DNA from: Clostridia bacterium
Lineage (GTDB): Bacteria > Bacillota > Clostridia > Christensenellales > UBA3700
Reading direction: 5' to 3'
Length of the DNA stretch: 46,115 nt
NCBI GenBank assembly: GCA_016287155.1
Contig: JAEEWC010000051.1
Span: forward strand, 1 to 46,115
Shown here: piece by piece, positions 28,070-36,537 of the stretch
How the letters are laid out: each line of letters starts with the position of its first letter
Position numbering within the stretch: position 1 is the stretch's first letter
Position numbers and translations under genes: made by a program
The notes under the pieces: model-generated
Database searches by the model: none
The model's input: only the letters and a program-made list of their open reading frames with translations
What the model was told of the DNA's origin: nothing

Positions 28070-29932
28070 TTAATCTCTAAATCTTACCCACATTGCAGGC
28101 CTTACGCCTAATTTAAACACAGAAGATGCTCTATTTAAACAACCATACTGGTCTATACATTTCACTTCGTCTTTACCGCTTGAATCTGGACTTCTCAGCC
28201 ACCACCATTGAGCATTCTCTTTATCAAAATCAATGCTTTGTGGCAAGCCTTCTTCTTCAAATGCGATTCTACTGCCTTCAAATGACAAATATACTTCTAC
28301 CTCATTCTCGCTTAACAAGAAAATCTTATCGTATGTGTTTTCACATAAATATTTATTTGCTTTTTTCGTATATAAAGAATCTCTTGAATTGTCTACTTCC
28401 ATCTCAACAATTTGACTTTGCTCATCTTTATCAAAGCTATTCAATAAGAAGCTATGATTTAACCAATAATGCAAATTCGAATGGCTGTAGTTATTATCTT
28501 CGCGTTCATCATATTGGAATTGCTCAATAATCTTATCGCATATAACTAGTGACAATCCGTCTTTCTTATAAAGTGTTTTCCAATATAATTCTTTATTTCT
28601 ATAATTGCCTAATGGTCTTTTTTCACCTAGCCCTATATATATTTTTTGTTCTTCTTCTGAAATGTCATCAAACAAGAAATAATATTCTTGTCTAATTCTA
28701 TTTTTATCTTTTGTCAATCTCATAAGATTCTTCTTGATTGACATTATTTCATCATTTCTTTCTTGCTTGCCCTTTAATTTCGCTTTTAAATAATATTCCC
28801 ATAAAACCGCATCTTTTGGATAAATATCAAGTTGTTCATCGATAACTTGGATTGCCTTTTCGTATGATTTTCTATATTCTAGTAACCCTTCTATTTGATC
28901 TAGTTTTTGATAATAATCTTGAGAACGCGAATCTCTTTTTGTAACGACAATTGGGTTGTTTCTTATATTACGTGCTTCTATGATAGCAGCGCTAATTAAT
29001 TTTGCTAAGTCTTTATAATTATCTTTTTCAAAGCCATCAATCCAGTTTCTACCATCAGTAAACACTTTGGTTTCTGGGTCTGGTTCAACATTATCTAATC
29101 TATAAGTGATTCTTATTGCTTTTGGATTATGTTTTAAAACGTGACGAATTTCTTCATTACAATCTTTACTCTCTAAAGAGTCTTTTGACATTAGATATAA
29201 AAATACTGGGCAATGCTCTATGGCTGGCTTAATTCTTTCCCAATATAAACTCTTATCTGTTGATGCCTTTTCTAAGTTACGCTCACTATACCAACATAAA
29301 ATGTCGTTGTATTTTGTTTCAATATAATCAGCGATTTCTTTTGCCTTATTCTTTTCTCTACTGCTAAAGCAAATAAATACTTTTTTATCGTAGTAGATGT
29401 ATTTATTCTTTTCGATTTCTCTTGCTCTAAATGCAGCATCTAGTTTTTCTTTATAGCTATTGTATACACCTTGAGCCATAAAGAATTTTTCAATAGCAAC
29501 TCTTACCTCAATATCTGGGAATAATAAAAGTAATGTTGCTATTTCTTTTACTTCATCTAAAGTCAAAATAGTATCTGATAAATTTGCTAGAGTTCTTTCG
29601 TATGCTTGATAGTTATTCGTTAATTTATAATCAGATAATGCATATACAAAATTTGCAAAAGCATTTTCAGGATCATATCCTTTAATTTGAGTAGTAATGA
29701 CCTTTAGGTTATCGAAGTCAATTAAGTCGCTATGCTTTCTATTTAATGCGTCCTTGATAGTTTTCTTGAAGTTATCAATTTGCTCTTTCTTTAATTTCTC
29801 TGCGCCTTCTTTTATCTTTGCATATTCATCAACAGTTAAATGCGCACCACAAACTTCACATACATAGAATGTATCTCTAAAAATTAGACTCGATTCGCCA
29901 CATCTTGGACATTTAACTACTTCTAGTTTCAT
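28070..29932 (-). CDS. Zn-ribbon + helical + TIR + helical + DUF6273-like protein
   Basis: CPRC..CEVC N-terminus. TIR: KVFICFSS..., CWYSERNL, AIEHCPVFLYLMS..SLES.DCNEEI. C-terminal domain with SNLHYWLN, DKIFLLS..EV, WWWLRSP and GVRPAMW. Confidence 0.85.
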   Translation of the reverse strand: MKLEVVKCPRCGESSLIFRDTFYVCEVCGAHLTVDEYAKIKEGAEKLKKEQIDNFKKTIKDALNRKHSDLIDFDNLKVITTQIKGYDPENAFANFVYALSDYKLTNNYQAYERTLANLSDTILTLDEVKEIATLLLLFPDIEVRVAIEKFFMAQGVYNSYKEKLDAAFRAREIEKNKYIYYDKKVFICFSSREKNKAKEIADYIETKYNDILCWYSERNLEKASTDKSLYWERIKPAIEHCPVFLYLMSKDSLESKDCNEEIRHVLKHNPKAIRITYRLDNVEPDPETKVFTDGRNWIDGFEKDNYKDLAKLISAAIIEARNIRNNPIVVTKRDSRSQDYYQKLDQIEGLLEYRKSYEKAIQVIDEQLDIYPKDAVLWEYYLKAKLKGKQERNDEIMSIKKNLMRLTKDKNRIRQEYYFLFDDISEEEQKIYIGLGEKRPLGNYRNKELYWKTLYKKDGLSLVICDKIIEQFQYDEREDNNYSHSNLHYWLNHSFLLNSFDKDEQSQIVEMEVDNSRDSLYTKKANKYLCENTYDKIFLLSENEVEVYLSFEGSRIAFEEEGLPQSIDFDKENAQWWWLRSPDSSGKDEVKCIDQYGCLNRASSVFKLGVRPAMWVRFRD

Positions 29933-29944
29933 AAACCCTCTAAA

Positions 29945-31117
29945 CTACGCTTCCATAAACCATGCATCTGGATCTGGATTTGTATCTATCCCTTCTAGCC
30001 CTTCTAAATCACAAACTTTGATTGTAGATAATTCTTCATCAGTTGGATCTTGTATTTCTGAAACGCGGATAGATTGATTTTGCACAATTGTTTCAAACAA
30101 GTTTCTAACATCACGTGCATTGCCAAAATTCTTATCTCTATTTTCGTATTTATTATTTAAATAATTAACCATTAAATCTTCTGCGTCAGGTTCAAGAATA
30201 AACTGACTCTTACTACACATGCGTTTAAATATATTAAACATTTCTTGGCCTGTATAATCTTCGAAGTTAATGTATGTTTTAAATCTTGATCTTAAGCCTG
30301 GATTTGAATCGATGAAATCTTTCATTAATTCATTATACCCAGCAACGATTACAACTAATTCGTTTCTATGATCTTCCATCGCCTTTAGAATAGTATCTAT
30401 TGCTTCTTGTCCAAAATCACGTCCACCATTACCATTTAATGTATAGGCTTCATCAATAAACAAAACGCCACCTAGAGCCTCTTCTATTCGCTTTGCTGTC
30501 TTTTCTGCTGTTTGGCCAACATAACCTGCAACCAACTTTGATCTATCTACTTCAACTAATTGTCCCGTCTCAACTATATCTAAAGCAGCATAAATTTTGC
30601 CCATCAAACGAGCAACTGTAGTTTTTCCTGTTCCTGGATTTCCAGTAAATACCATATGATAAGACATATCTGGAACCGGTAATCCTCTTTCTTTCTTTAC
30701 CTTAAATACTTTAATTTGTTTTACAAATGCATTGACTTGTTGCTTTACTACATTCAAGCCCTCAAGACTATTCAATTCTGCTAAAACTTCATCTAAGTTT
30801 GGCTTAACAACTGGCTTTGATTTAGGCTCCTCTTTAGTACGTGTATTCTTAGGTTCAATTGGAGGATTAGATGGAACTGGTTTTGCACAGCCTATTTTAA
30901 ATCTACAAAACTCCAACTTCTTCTCGAGTTTATCAAAATTGCTCTTCATTAAAGCAACTTTTTTCAAGTCAGAAGAAGTACTTGCAATGGACTTACAAAG
31001 ATCCATTGCTTGTTCTATTGATTGTATTGCTGAAGTATAATCCCCAGCAGTCATTTCTATATCTATCCTCTTATTTAGTCGGATAAATTGGTCTTCCATA
31101 GCATATGCTGCCATCAT
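29945..31117 (-). CDS. CbbX/SpoVK-family AAA+ ATPase with MIT-like N-terminal helical bundle
   Basis: HMVFTGNPGTGKT, LVAGYVGQTA, GGVLFIDEAY, DFGQEAID, NPGLRSRF, FGNARDVRN. N-terminal ~75 aa helical (AGDYTSAIQSIEQAMDL) followed by a Pro/Lys-rich linker. Confidence 0.9.
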   Translation of the reverse strand: MMAAYAMEDQFIRLNKRIDIEMTAGDYTSAIQSIEQAMDLCKSIASTSSDLKKVALMKSNFDKLEKKLEFCRFKIGCAKPVPSNPPIEPKNTRTKEEPKSKPVVKPNLDEVLAELNSLEGLNVVKQQVNAFVKQIKVFKVKKERGLPVPDMSYHMVFTGNPGTGKTTVARLMGKIYAALDIVETGQLVEVDRSKLVAGYVGQTAEKTAKRIEEALGGVLFIDEAYTLNGNGGRDFGQEAIDTILKAMEDHRNELVVIVAGYNELMKDFIDSNPGLRSRFKTYINFEDYTGQEMFNIFKRMCSKSQFILEPDAEDLMVNYLNNKYENRDKNFGNARDVRNLFETIVQNQSIRVSEIQDPTDEELSTIKVCDLEGLEGIDTNPDPDAWFMEA

Positions 31118-31690
31118 TTACCCCCAATTACTAACGTCAGCCAAGCCTGCTGCTTCAGTTGTATCTTTATCAGCTTGTTCTATTTCATCTTCAATTTGTT
31201 TTGCTAATTCTTCATCTATCTCTTGGTTCGTAGAAGAATCAACTTTATTGATTGATGCATTTACTGAGCTAAACATAGTATCCATCTTCTCAAACTTCTT
31301 TGAGAACTTATTATTAAATGACTTTAATTCGCCTAAAATACCTTTAACTTCTGAAGACATATTCACTTTTCCAACTTCTTTCATGACTTCGCCTATAGTT
31401 TTATATAGGTCCATTTTCATAAAAGCTTCATCAATCATAAATTTAAATTGTTCTAACTTGTTTAGGATTTCTGTTGTCTTATGTCTAAAGATTAATTGTT
31501 GTCTTAAAGTTTCCATTAATCTTTTAACTTCTAAATTATCCCCTTGTTTTTTAGATAAAGTGATTTTTTGTTTTAGTGCATCAATTTTTTCATCATATAT
31601 TGAAATATGATTATTGATAGAATCACTTACCATATCAAACTTAACATCTATTTGAACCTTATTTGGAGTTTTATTCTTCTTATCAAACAT
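31118..31690 (-). CDS. Snf7/ESCRT-III-like coiled-coil protein (putative)
   Basis: 190 aa, all-helical pattern. Helical-hairpin turn SKKQGDNLEVKRL, Met-rich middle, acidic tail EIDEELAKQIEDEIE; its stop abuts the ATPase start. Confidence 0.6.
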   Translation of the reverse strand: MFDKKNKTPNKVQIDVKFDMVSDSINNHISIYDEKIDALKQKITLSKKQGDNLEVKRLMETLRQQLIFRHKTTEILNKLEQFKFMIDEAFMKMDLYKTIGEVMKEVGKVNMSSEVKGILGELKSFNNKFSKKFEKMDTMFSSVNASINKVDSSTNQEIDEELAKQIEDEIEQADKDTTEAAGLADVSNWG

Positions 31691-31701
31691 AATATTCCCT
31701 C

Positions 31702-32616
31702 TTATATCTCCATGTTTTGAACGTCAATTCCGCTACTTTGATTTGTAACAGTTGTTACATCGCTAACTTCTAAACCTTGATTTCTTACAGTAGTGTTTGC
31801 TTCTTCAAGTTTTCCAGCCATTTTTGTAACTTGCTTTTGCTTTGTATTTTGAACCATTGTATCTTCTAATACTTTACCGAATTGATCAACAATTTCATCA
31901 GGCAAATATGTTTCTTGATTTCTTTCAATGTTTGAAACAAGTGTTGTGTAATTTGCAATTTGCAAATCTAAAGCATCTTGCTTCTTTTGTAATTCATCTT
32001 TTTCTGCTTTGATTTGAAGCATTTGCTTTCCAATAATTTCTTGTTGTGCTTTGCCTAAAGATAGAGCTTCTTCTTTAAGTTGTGTAAATGTTTCAACTTT
32101 CAATTTGATTTGGTTGTTAATATTCTCTCTATTAACTTTAAATGTCATTAAATCAAGTTTGTTCTTTAGATAATTTCTATCTTCATAATATTTGTATGTA
32201 ACCATACTTCTTTGATTAGCAAAGTGGTCAATTTCATTAATAGCTGAAGATATACCATAGAAGTTTTCTTGATTGCAATATAAAACTAATTGCTCTACAT
32301 ACTTTAAGATAAAACCATCAATAGCATAAACTGCTCTTGCGTTTTGATCTACAGAACCTGTTTTAATATTTTGCATAATAGCTCTAACACGATCTGCTTG
32401 TTCATAATATTTAGTTTGAGAAATCTTGTTATATGCTATATTTAGACTATTCAATATTTCATGCTTTTGCTTTTCAATATCGTAAATAGCTCTTCTCTTT
32501 GCTCTATTCTCTTCACGAGACAATTCTCTATCATCAGTCTTTTTGATTTCAACACCAAAAATTCCATTCATTTCTTCTTTTGTTACAGGCTTTTCTTTCT
32601 TTTTGAACCATAGCAT
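31702..32616 (-). CDS. Helical/coiled-coil hypothetical protein (304 aa)
   Basis: MLWFKKK N-terminus, long heptad region at aa ~150-275, strong GGAGG SD. Confidence 0.75.
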   Translation of the reverse strand: MLWFKKKEKPVTKEEMNGIFGVEIKKTDDRELSREENRAKRRAIYDIEKQKHEILNSLNIAYNKISQTKYYEQADRVRAIMQNIKTGSVDQNARAVYAIDGFILKYVEQLVLYCNQENFYGISSAINEIDHFANQRSMVTYKYYEDRNYLKNKLDLMTFKVNRENINNQIKLKVETFTQLKEEALSLGKAQQEIIGKQMLQIKAEKDELQKKQDALDLQIANYTTLVSNIERNQETYLPDEIVDQFGKVLEDTMVQNTKQKQVTKMAGKLEEANTTVRNQGLEVSDVTTVTNQSSGIDVQNMEI

Positions 32617-32629
32617 AATTTAATTCCTC

Positions 32630-33568
32630 CTATTGTTTAGTTCCACATACTGAGCAAAATGCTGCACTCTTTGGAAGCTTAGCACCACAATTTGGGCAGT
32701 ACTTATCTGTAATATTTATTGGGGCTTTTGCATTTCCGTTTGTTGTTAATGTTGTGTCTACGACTTTTTCTTCAAATTGCGAACGATTTATTCTTGCCAA
32801 ATCTAATTCATGTTGAAGTGCTTTATCTTGTTCAGCTTGTCTTCTAGCATATTCCTTTTCATCTTTTTGACCTTCTAAATCATCTATTGCATATTTATTA
32901 ATAATATCTAAAACTTTTGTAATTGTTTCATCTGTTTCATCAACAGTATTTACGTGCATAGCAATAGAGTTTGGTTGAAGAGTTAATCCAATTTTTGATA
33001 AAACTCCTAATGTTTTTCTTGAACCCTTGAAAACGTCTTTAGCAACTTCACCTAATTTTGCATGCAAATCATTTTCTGTTGTTTCTGGAGTAATTATTTT
33101 CTTTATAGCATCTGAAATTTCATCGCCTAACATTTGTCTATATTTAGTATTAATTTCAGCTTGCAAATCAGCCTTTGTAAGAGTTTTATCGAAAGCTTCT
33201 ATTAGTAATTCATAATCAGTTACCATTACTTCAATAGAACCAACAACTGCGAATTTTAATTTTGCAGCAGGTAAATAACTCAAAGCGCATGTATGTTGAC
33301 CGGCGAAGAATTTAATCAAGATTGTATTAAACATCTTATCTGGGTATAGATAGCAATCTACAACATCCTTTCTATTTCCGCCTAGCATATCTGCATCTAA
33401 GTGATACGCATTTGGGCTTCCTTGATACTTCATTCCGCCAACAAATGCAACAGATCCACTCTTAACATATAGATCTATGTCTGACTTTTTTAGTTTAATT
33501 TCTGTTTTTTCAACAAGCACATCTTTGCTTGATAGACCAACTTTAATGCTTTGTGTAAATAAACCCAT
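32630..33568 (-). CDS. SPFH/Band-7-like protein with C-terminal Zn ribbon (putative)
   Basis: MGLF start, beta-rich head, GSIEVMVTDYELL..AF followed by helices and GLTL, a charged coiled coil, and terminal CPNCG..C..CG. Confidence 0.55.
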   Translation of the reverse strand: MGLFTQSIKVGLSSKDVLVEKTEIKLKKSDIDLYVKSGSVAFVGGMKYQGSPNAYHLDADMLGGNRKDVVDCYLYPDKMFNTILIKFFAGQHTCALSYLPAAKLKFAVVGSIEVMVTDYELLIEAFDKTLTKADLQAEINTKYRQMLGDEISDAIKKIITPETTENDLHAKLGEVAKDVFKGSRKTLGVLSKIGLTLQPNSIAMHVNTVDETDETITKVLDIINKYAIDDLEGQKDEKEYARRQAEQDKALQHELDLARINRSQFEEKVVDTTLTTNGNAKAPINITDKYCPNCGAKLPKSAAFCSVCGTKQ

Positions 33569-33570
33569 AA

Positions 33571-33933
33571 TTATATATTCTCCTTTTTGTCACATAATGA
33601 AACTTTTTTTCCGCATACCGGGCAATATTGTACCCCTTTAGGAAGTCTTTCTCCACATTGTTTACATTTCACAATTGCACCTAAATCTTCAGCTTCATAC
33701 ATATCCTCAGCTTCTACATTTGAAGATTTATAATTTTTCCCCGTAATTAAATAATCTAAAGAAACATCTAAAGCTTCAGCTAAAGTAGATAAGATACTAA
33801 AATCTGGATTCCCATCATTTTGCTCCCACTTGCTTACGGCTCTATCCGTAACATTCAATTTTTCGGCTAACTGTAATTGAGTAAGATTTAATTCTTTTCT
33901 TCGTTTTTTTATACGATCCCCTATTGTTATCAC
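33571..33933 (-). CDS. XRE-family HTH regulator fused to a Zn ribbon
   Basis: IGDRIKKRRKELNLTQLQLAEKLNVTDRAVSKWE..G.PD...LAEALDVSLDYLITG plus CKQCG..CPVCG. GTG start at 33933 with AGGAG SD. Confidence 0.9.
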   Translation of the reverse strand: MITIGDRIKKRRKELNLTQLQLAEKLNVTDRAVSKWEQNDGNPDFSILSTLAEALDVSLDYLITGKNYKSSNVEAEDMYEAEDLGAIVKCKQCGERLPKGVQYCPVCGKKVSLCDKKENI

Positions 33934-33990
33934 AATAAATCTCCTTATTTGCATTAATACTTCACCGTTCTCAAAGGTAGCATTTTAGCA

Positions 33991-34022
33991 AAACTCCACT
34001 ATCCGTTGAGTTTATTATAACA
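33991..34022 (-). promoter_or_regulatory. Extended -10 promoter with overlapping 23-bp palindrome (candidate operator)
   Basis: TGtTATAAT at 34022-34014; AAACTCCAC-TATCC-GTTGAGTTT at 33991-34013 (one mismatch). Confidence 0.55.
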
Positions 34023-34183
34023 CCAATATATATTCATTAAAAGACTATTTTTAATCTTTTATTAAGTTTTTACTTAAATCTGAAATATCATCAATTAAAC
34101 CAATTTAAAATTTTGATTATGAAATGACTATAAATTACTAATTTATATGACGTTTTATTTTTTAATTTACAATAGAAATATGT

Positions 34184-34897
34184 CTATTTCTTATTTAGAA
34201 TAAATGTACACTTTGGATAATTAGAACACCCTAAGAATTTTCCATATTTCCCTTCTCTCTCCACAAGCTTACCTCCACATCTTGGGCATATACCTTTCTC
34301 TAATTCTTTTTGTGTTTGTTTAATAATCCTAACATGTTCTTTATTTGATATTTTACTTGATGCATTCATCAATTTTTCATAAATTTCATCCATTTCTTCA
34401 GTTGAAAGATATGTACCATCATCAAATTTTTTCAAATAATATTTCAAATCATCAAGATTAACAACATTATCGCAATCAATTTTGTCCGCATTATTCTGTA
34501 CCATTACAACAAGAGAATTTACATGATATTTTTTGCCTATCACATTGCTAATATGATATACATGCGACTTGTTTTGCTTTAGCGGGTTAGTTAATTGATT
34601 CTTTTCTCCGTTAAATAAAACTTGAACCCACTTATCTTGGAATTCATTACCCAAAATCCATCCTATATAATTCTTTGTTTCTATGCAGAAAATACCATTA
34701 TGTCTTATTTCGATATGATCTATTTGATGAGTTTTATTATTACTATCTACAAGGATTAAATTATCTATATATCTATGTTCAACCTTACCAAACAAAATAG
34801 GATTCAATTTCTTATCTACTTTAGCTTCTCCAATTTTGCCCTTTTGCATATTGATTAAATCTTTCTTATATTCATTTATTATTTTAATTAGTCCCAT
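34184..34897 (-). CDS. NERD nuclease-domain protein with topoisomerase-type C4 Zn ribbon
   Basis: GKIGE, HQIDHI...GIFCIETKNY.G, NPLKQN..H; C-terminal CPRCGGKLV.R.GKYGKFLGCSNYPKC. Confidence 0.9.
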   Translation of the reverse strand: MGLIKIINEYKKDLINMQKGKIGEAKVDKKLNPILFGKVEHRYIDNLILVDSNNKTHQIDHIEIRHNGIFCIETKNYIGWILGNEFQDKWVQVLFNGEKNQLTNPLKQNKSHVYHISNVIGKKYHVNSLVVMVQNNADKIDCDNVVNLDDLKYYLKKFDDGTYLSTEEMDEIYEKLMNASSKISNKEHVRIIKQTQKELEKGICPRCGGKLVEREGKYGKFLGCSNYPKCTFILNKK

Positions 34898-34955
34898 AAT
34901 TCACCTATTACATTAATGTAACACTTTGCGTATAACTTTCATTTATTCATCCTAA

Positions 34956-35888
34956 TTATAGAGGAAAAACCGAATAACCAGAATCTCCAATTTTTAATGC
35001 AATGTTAGTCATTTCAACAACCTGATTTACTATATATCTAACATTGCTTTCTTGACTTTCAAAAGATTGAGTAAAGTTCACTTTTTTATCATCTGGCAAA
35101 TAATACTTAAGCATTAAGCCGCCACTAGTTGAGTCTTCAAAATGATAATCAGTAATATCTACATTTATCTCTTTAAAAACTTCTATAACTTCATTTCTAC
35201 GTCTTGCCATTTTTGAAAACTGGAAATCAATTGTATTTTGATCAGACTTATAGCACACTCCAAGCCCACTGACATTTGTTCCAAATTCTGGCCATAAAGC
35301 TGAACTGCCTCTTGATTTCTTTACACGATTAAACTTTAAGAAATTATAATCTATGTTTATTAAATCAATTAAACTATCCCAAAACGCGGTAACTTCCTTG
35401 TTCTCAATAGTATTACTGCGCTTTCTTACATTACACGATGCTTTAAACACTTCTCTGTCTAGGGAATCAACACATAATTTTTCTAAATCATTGTGAGATA
35501 TCCTCAAATCGTATTTTTCATTTGTTTTATAATCATTTGGGGCACATAAAACAACGAAGTGCTTTTCGAATCCCTCTTCGACTTTCAACAATTCAGCCCT
35601 TTTATCATATCTATCTCTTTGTTGAGGTTGAGCATCGGCGTTAATTTTGTCTTCAACAAATATGGCAAACTTTTTGCCATCATCTTTTTGAAAAATAAAA
35701 ACTATATCTGACTCCCCATATTTGCCTGGCTCTTCTTCTTGGACTAAAGAATGAAACGTTTTAACTAATTGCCCTGACATATTTACTTTATCAAAAAATA
35801 GTTCTTGCACAAATTTAGATTTTTGCATTTCTCTCATTATTGCAAAATCCGTATCTCTTTCTTCAATATAAGCCAATTTGTATTCCAT
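34956..35888 (-). CDS. PD-(D/E)xK superfamily nuclease
   Basis: EERDTD, GESDIVF, IFVEDKINA..QPQQ..RY. Start moved to ATG 35888 (GAGGG SD). Confidence 0.75.
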   Translation of the reverse strand: MEYKLAYIEERDTDFAIMREMQKSKFVQELFFDKVNMSGQLVKTFHSLVQEEEPGKYGESDIVFIFQKDDGKKFAIFVEDKINADAQPQQRDRYDKRAELLKVEEGFEKHFVVLCAPNDYKTNEKYDLRISHNDLEKLCVDSLDREVFKASCNVRKRSNTIENKEVTAFWDSLIDLINIDYNFLKFNRVKKSRGSSALWPEFGTNVSGLGVCYKSDQNTIDFQFSKMARRRNEVIEVFKEINVDITDYHFEDSTSGGLMLKYYLPDDKKVNFTQSFESQESNVRYIVNQVVEMTNIALKIGDSGYSVFPL

Positions 35889-36089
35889 TCTAATCCCTCT
35901 CAAAACCTCACATAATTTTACCAATTCATATTATACAACACATAACTATAAGCTATACAAAATATAATAAATATTAGTGTTTAATTCTCTCGTGGCCCGC
36001 CACAGGTAAGTTATACGAACCCTAAAATTAGTAGTTGGTTATTGACCAAAAACATCCTAGGAAAACGTATAACAATTACCAGAAAATAG

Positions 36090-36126
36090 AAAATATGGCA
36101 ATACTATGTATTGCCACTTTTCTTTT
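36090..36126. terminator. Probable bidirectional intrinsic terminator
   Basis: Perfect 9-bp stem TGGCAATAC-tat-GTATTGCCA (36096-36116) with T-rich tails on both strands; downstream of the 118-aa gene. Confidence 0.7.
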
Positions 36127-36158
36127 ATAACTCTCTCAAATATAAACTTGAACAATTA

Positions 36159-36515
36159 TTACCATCGTGTATGAGTTAAATGCCACATCCCGCAATTAGA
36201 ACACTTATAAACATACAAAGTAACTCCTTTTTCTTCTTTTATAATGTCAGCTCTTCTTCGAGCATCTGCCTCTGTTGGATATTTATCTTTATAATGTCCA
36301 CTAGAATCTAGGCATGTGCTTCTTTCGTTGTGTGTATTTCTATCGGCTCTTCCTAAATGAAAATACCCACATTTATTACATTGATATGGCTCTAACTTAA
36401 AATTAAATCTTGAATATCTATTTTGATAATTTGCGGCATCTCTCGCTTCCTTTATATTTTGATATGAAGTTAAAGGGCCGTTTTGTCCTGTACAAGTATT
36501 ACTTTTAAAACTCAT
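36159..36515 (-). CDS. Small protein made of two tandem C...CxxC-xxx-H Zn-finger-like units
   Basis: C..Y....EAR.AA...YQCNKCGYFHL and C..Y....DARRRA...YKCSNCGMWHL. Confidence 0.75.
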   Translation of the reverse strand: MSFKSNTCTGQNGPLTSYQNIKEARDAANYQNRYSRFNFKLEPYQCNKCGYFHLGRADRNTHNERSTCLDSSGHYKDKYPTEADARRRADIIKEEKGVTLYVYKCSNCGMWHLTHTRW

Positions 36516-36537
36516 ATTAATGCACTCTTACCCTTTA

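Noticed and set aside
28070-28650. C-terminal WLRSP...GVRP domain as a diversity-generating retroelement target
   Set aside because: No reverse transcriptase, and I saw no template-repeat copy of this 3' end in the window; a remote DGR cannot be excluded.
29945-31117. Calling the ATPase Vps4/CdvC, SpoVK or type VII secretion EccA
   Set aside because: The motifs are CbbX/SpoVK-type rather than Vps4-clade, and there are no WXG100, FtsK/EssC or sporulation neighbours, so no gene symbol was assigned.
36010-36073. GTTATACG...CGTATAAC as an integron attC site
   Set aside because: The order is GTT...AAC, the reverse of attC (AAC...GTT); it does not recur between other genes and no integrase is present.
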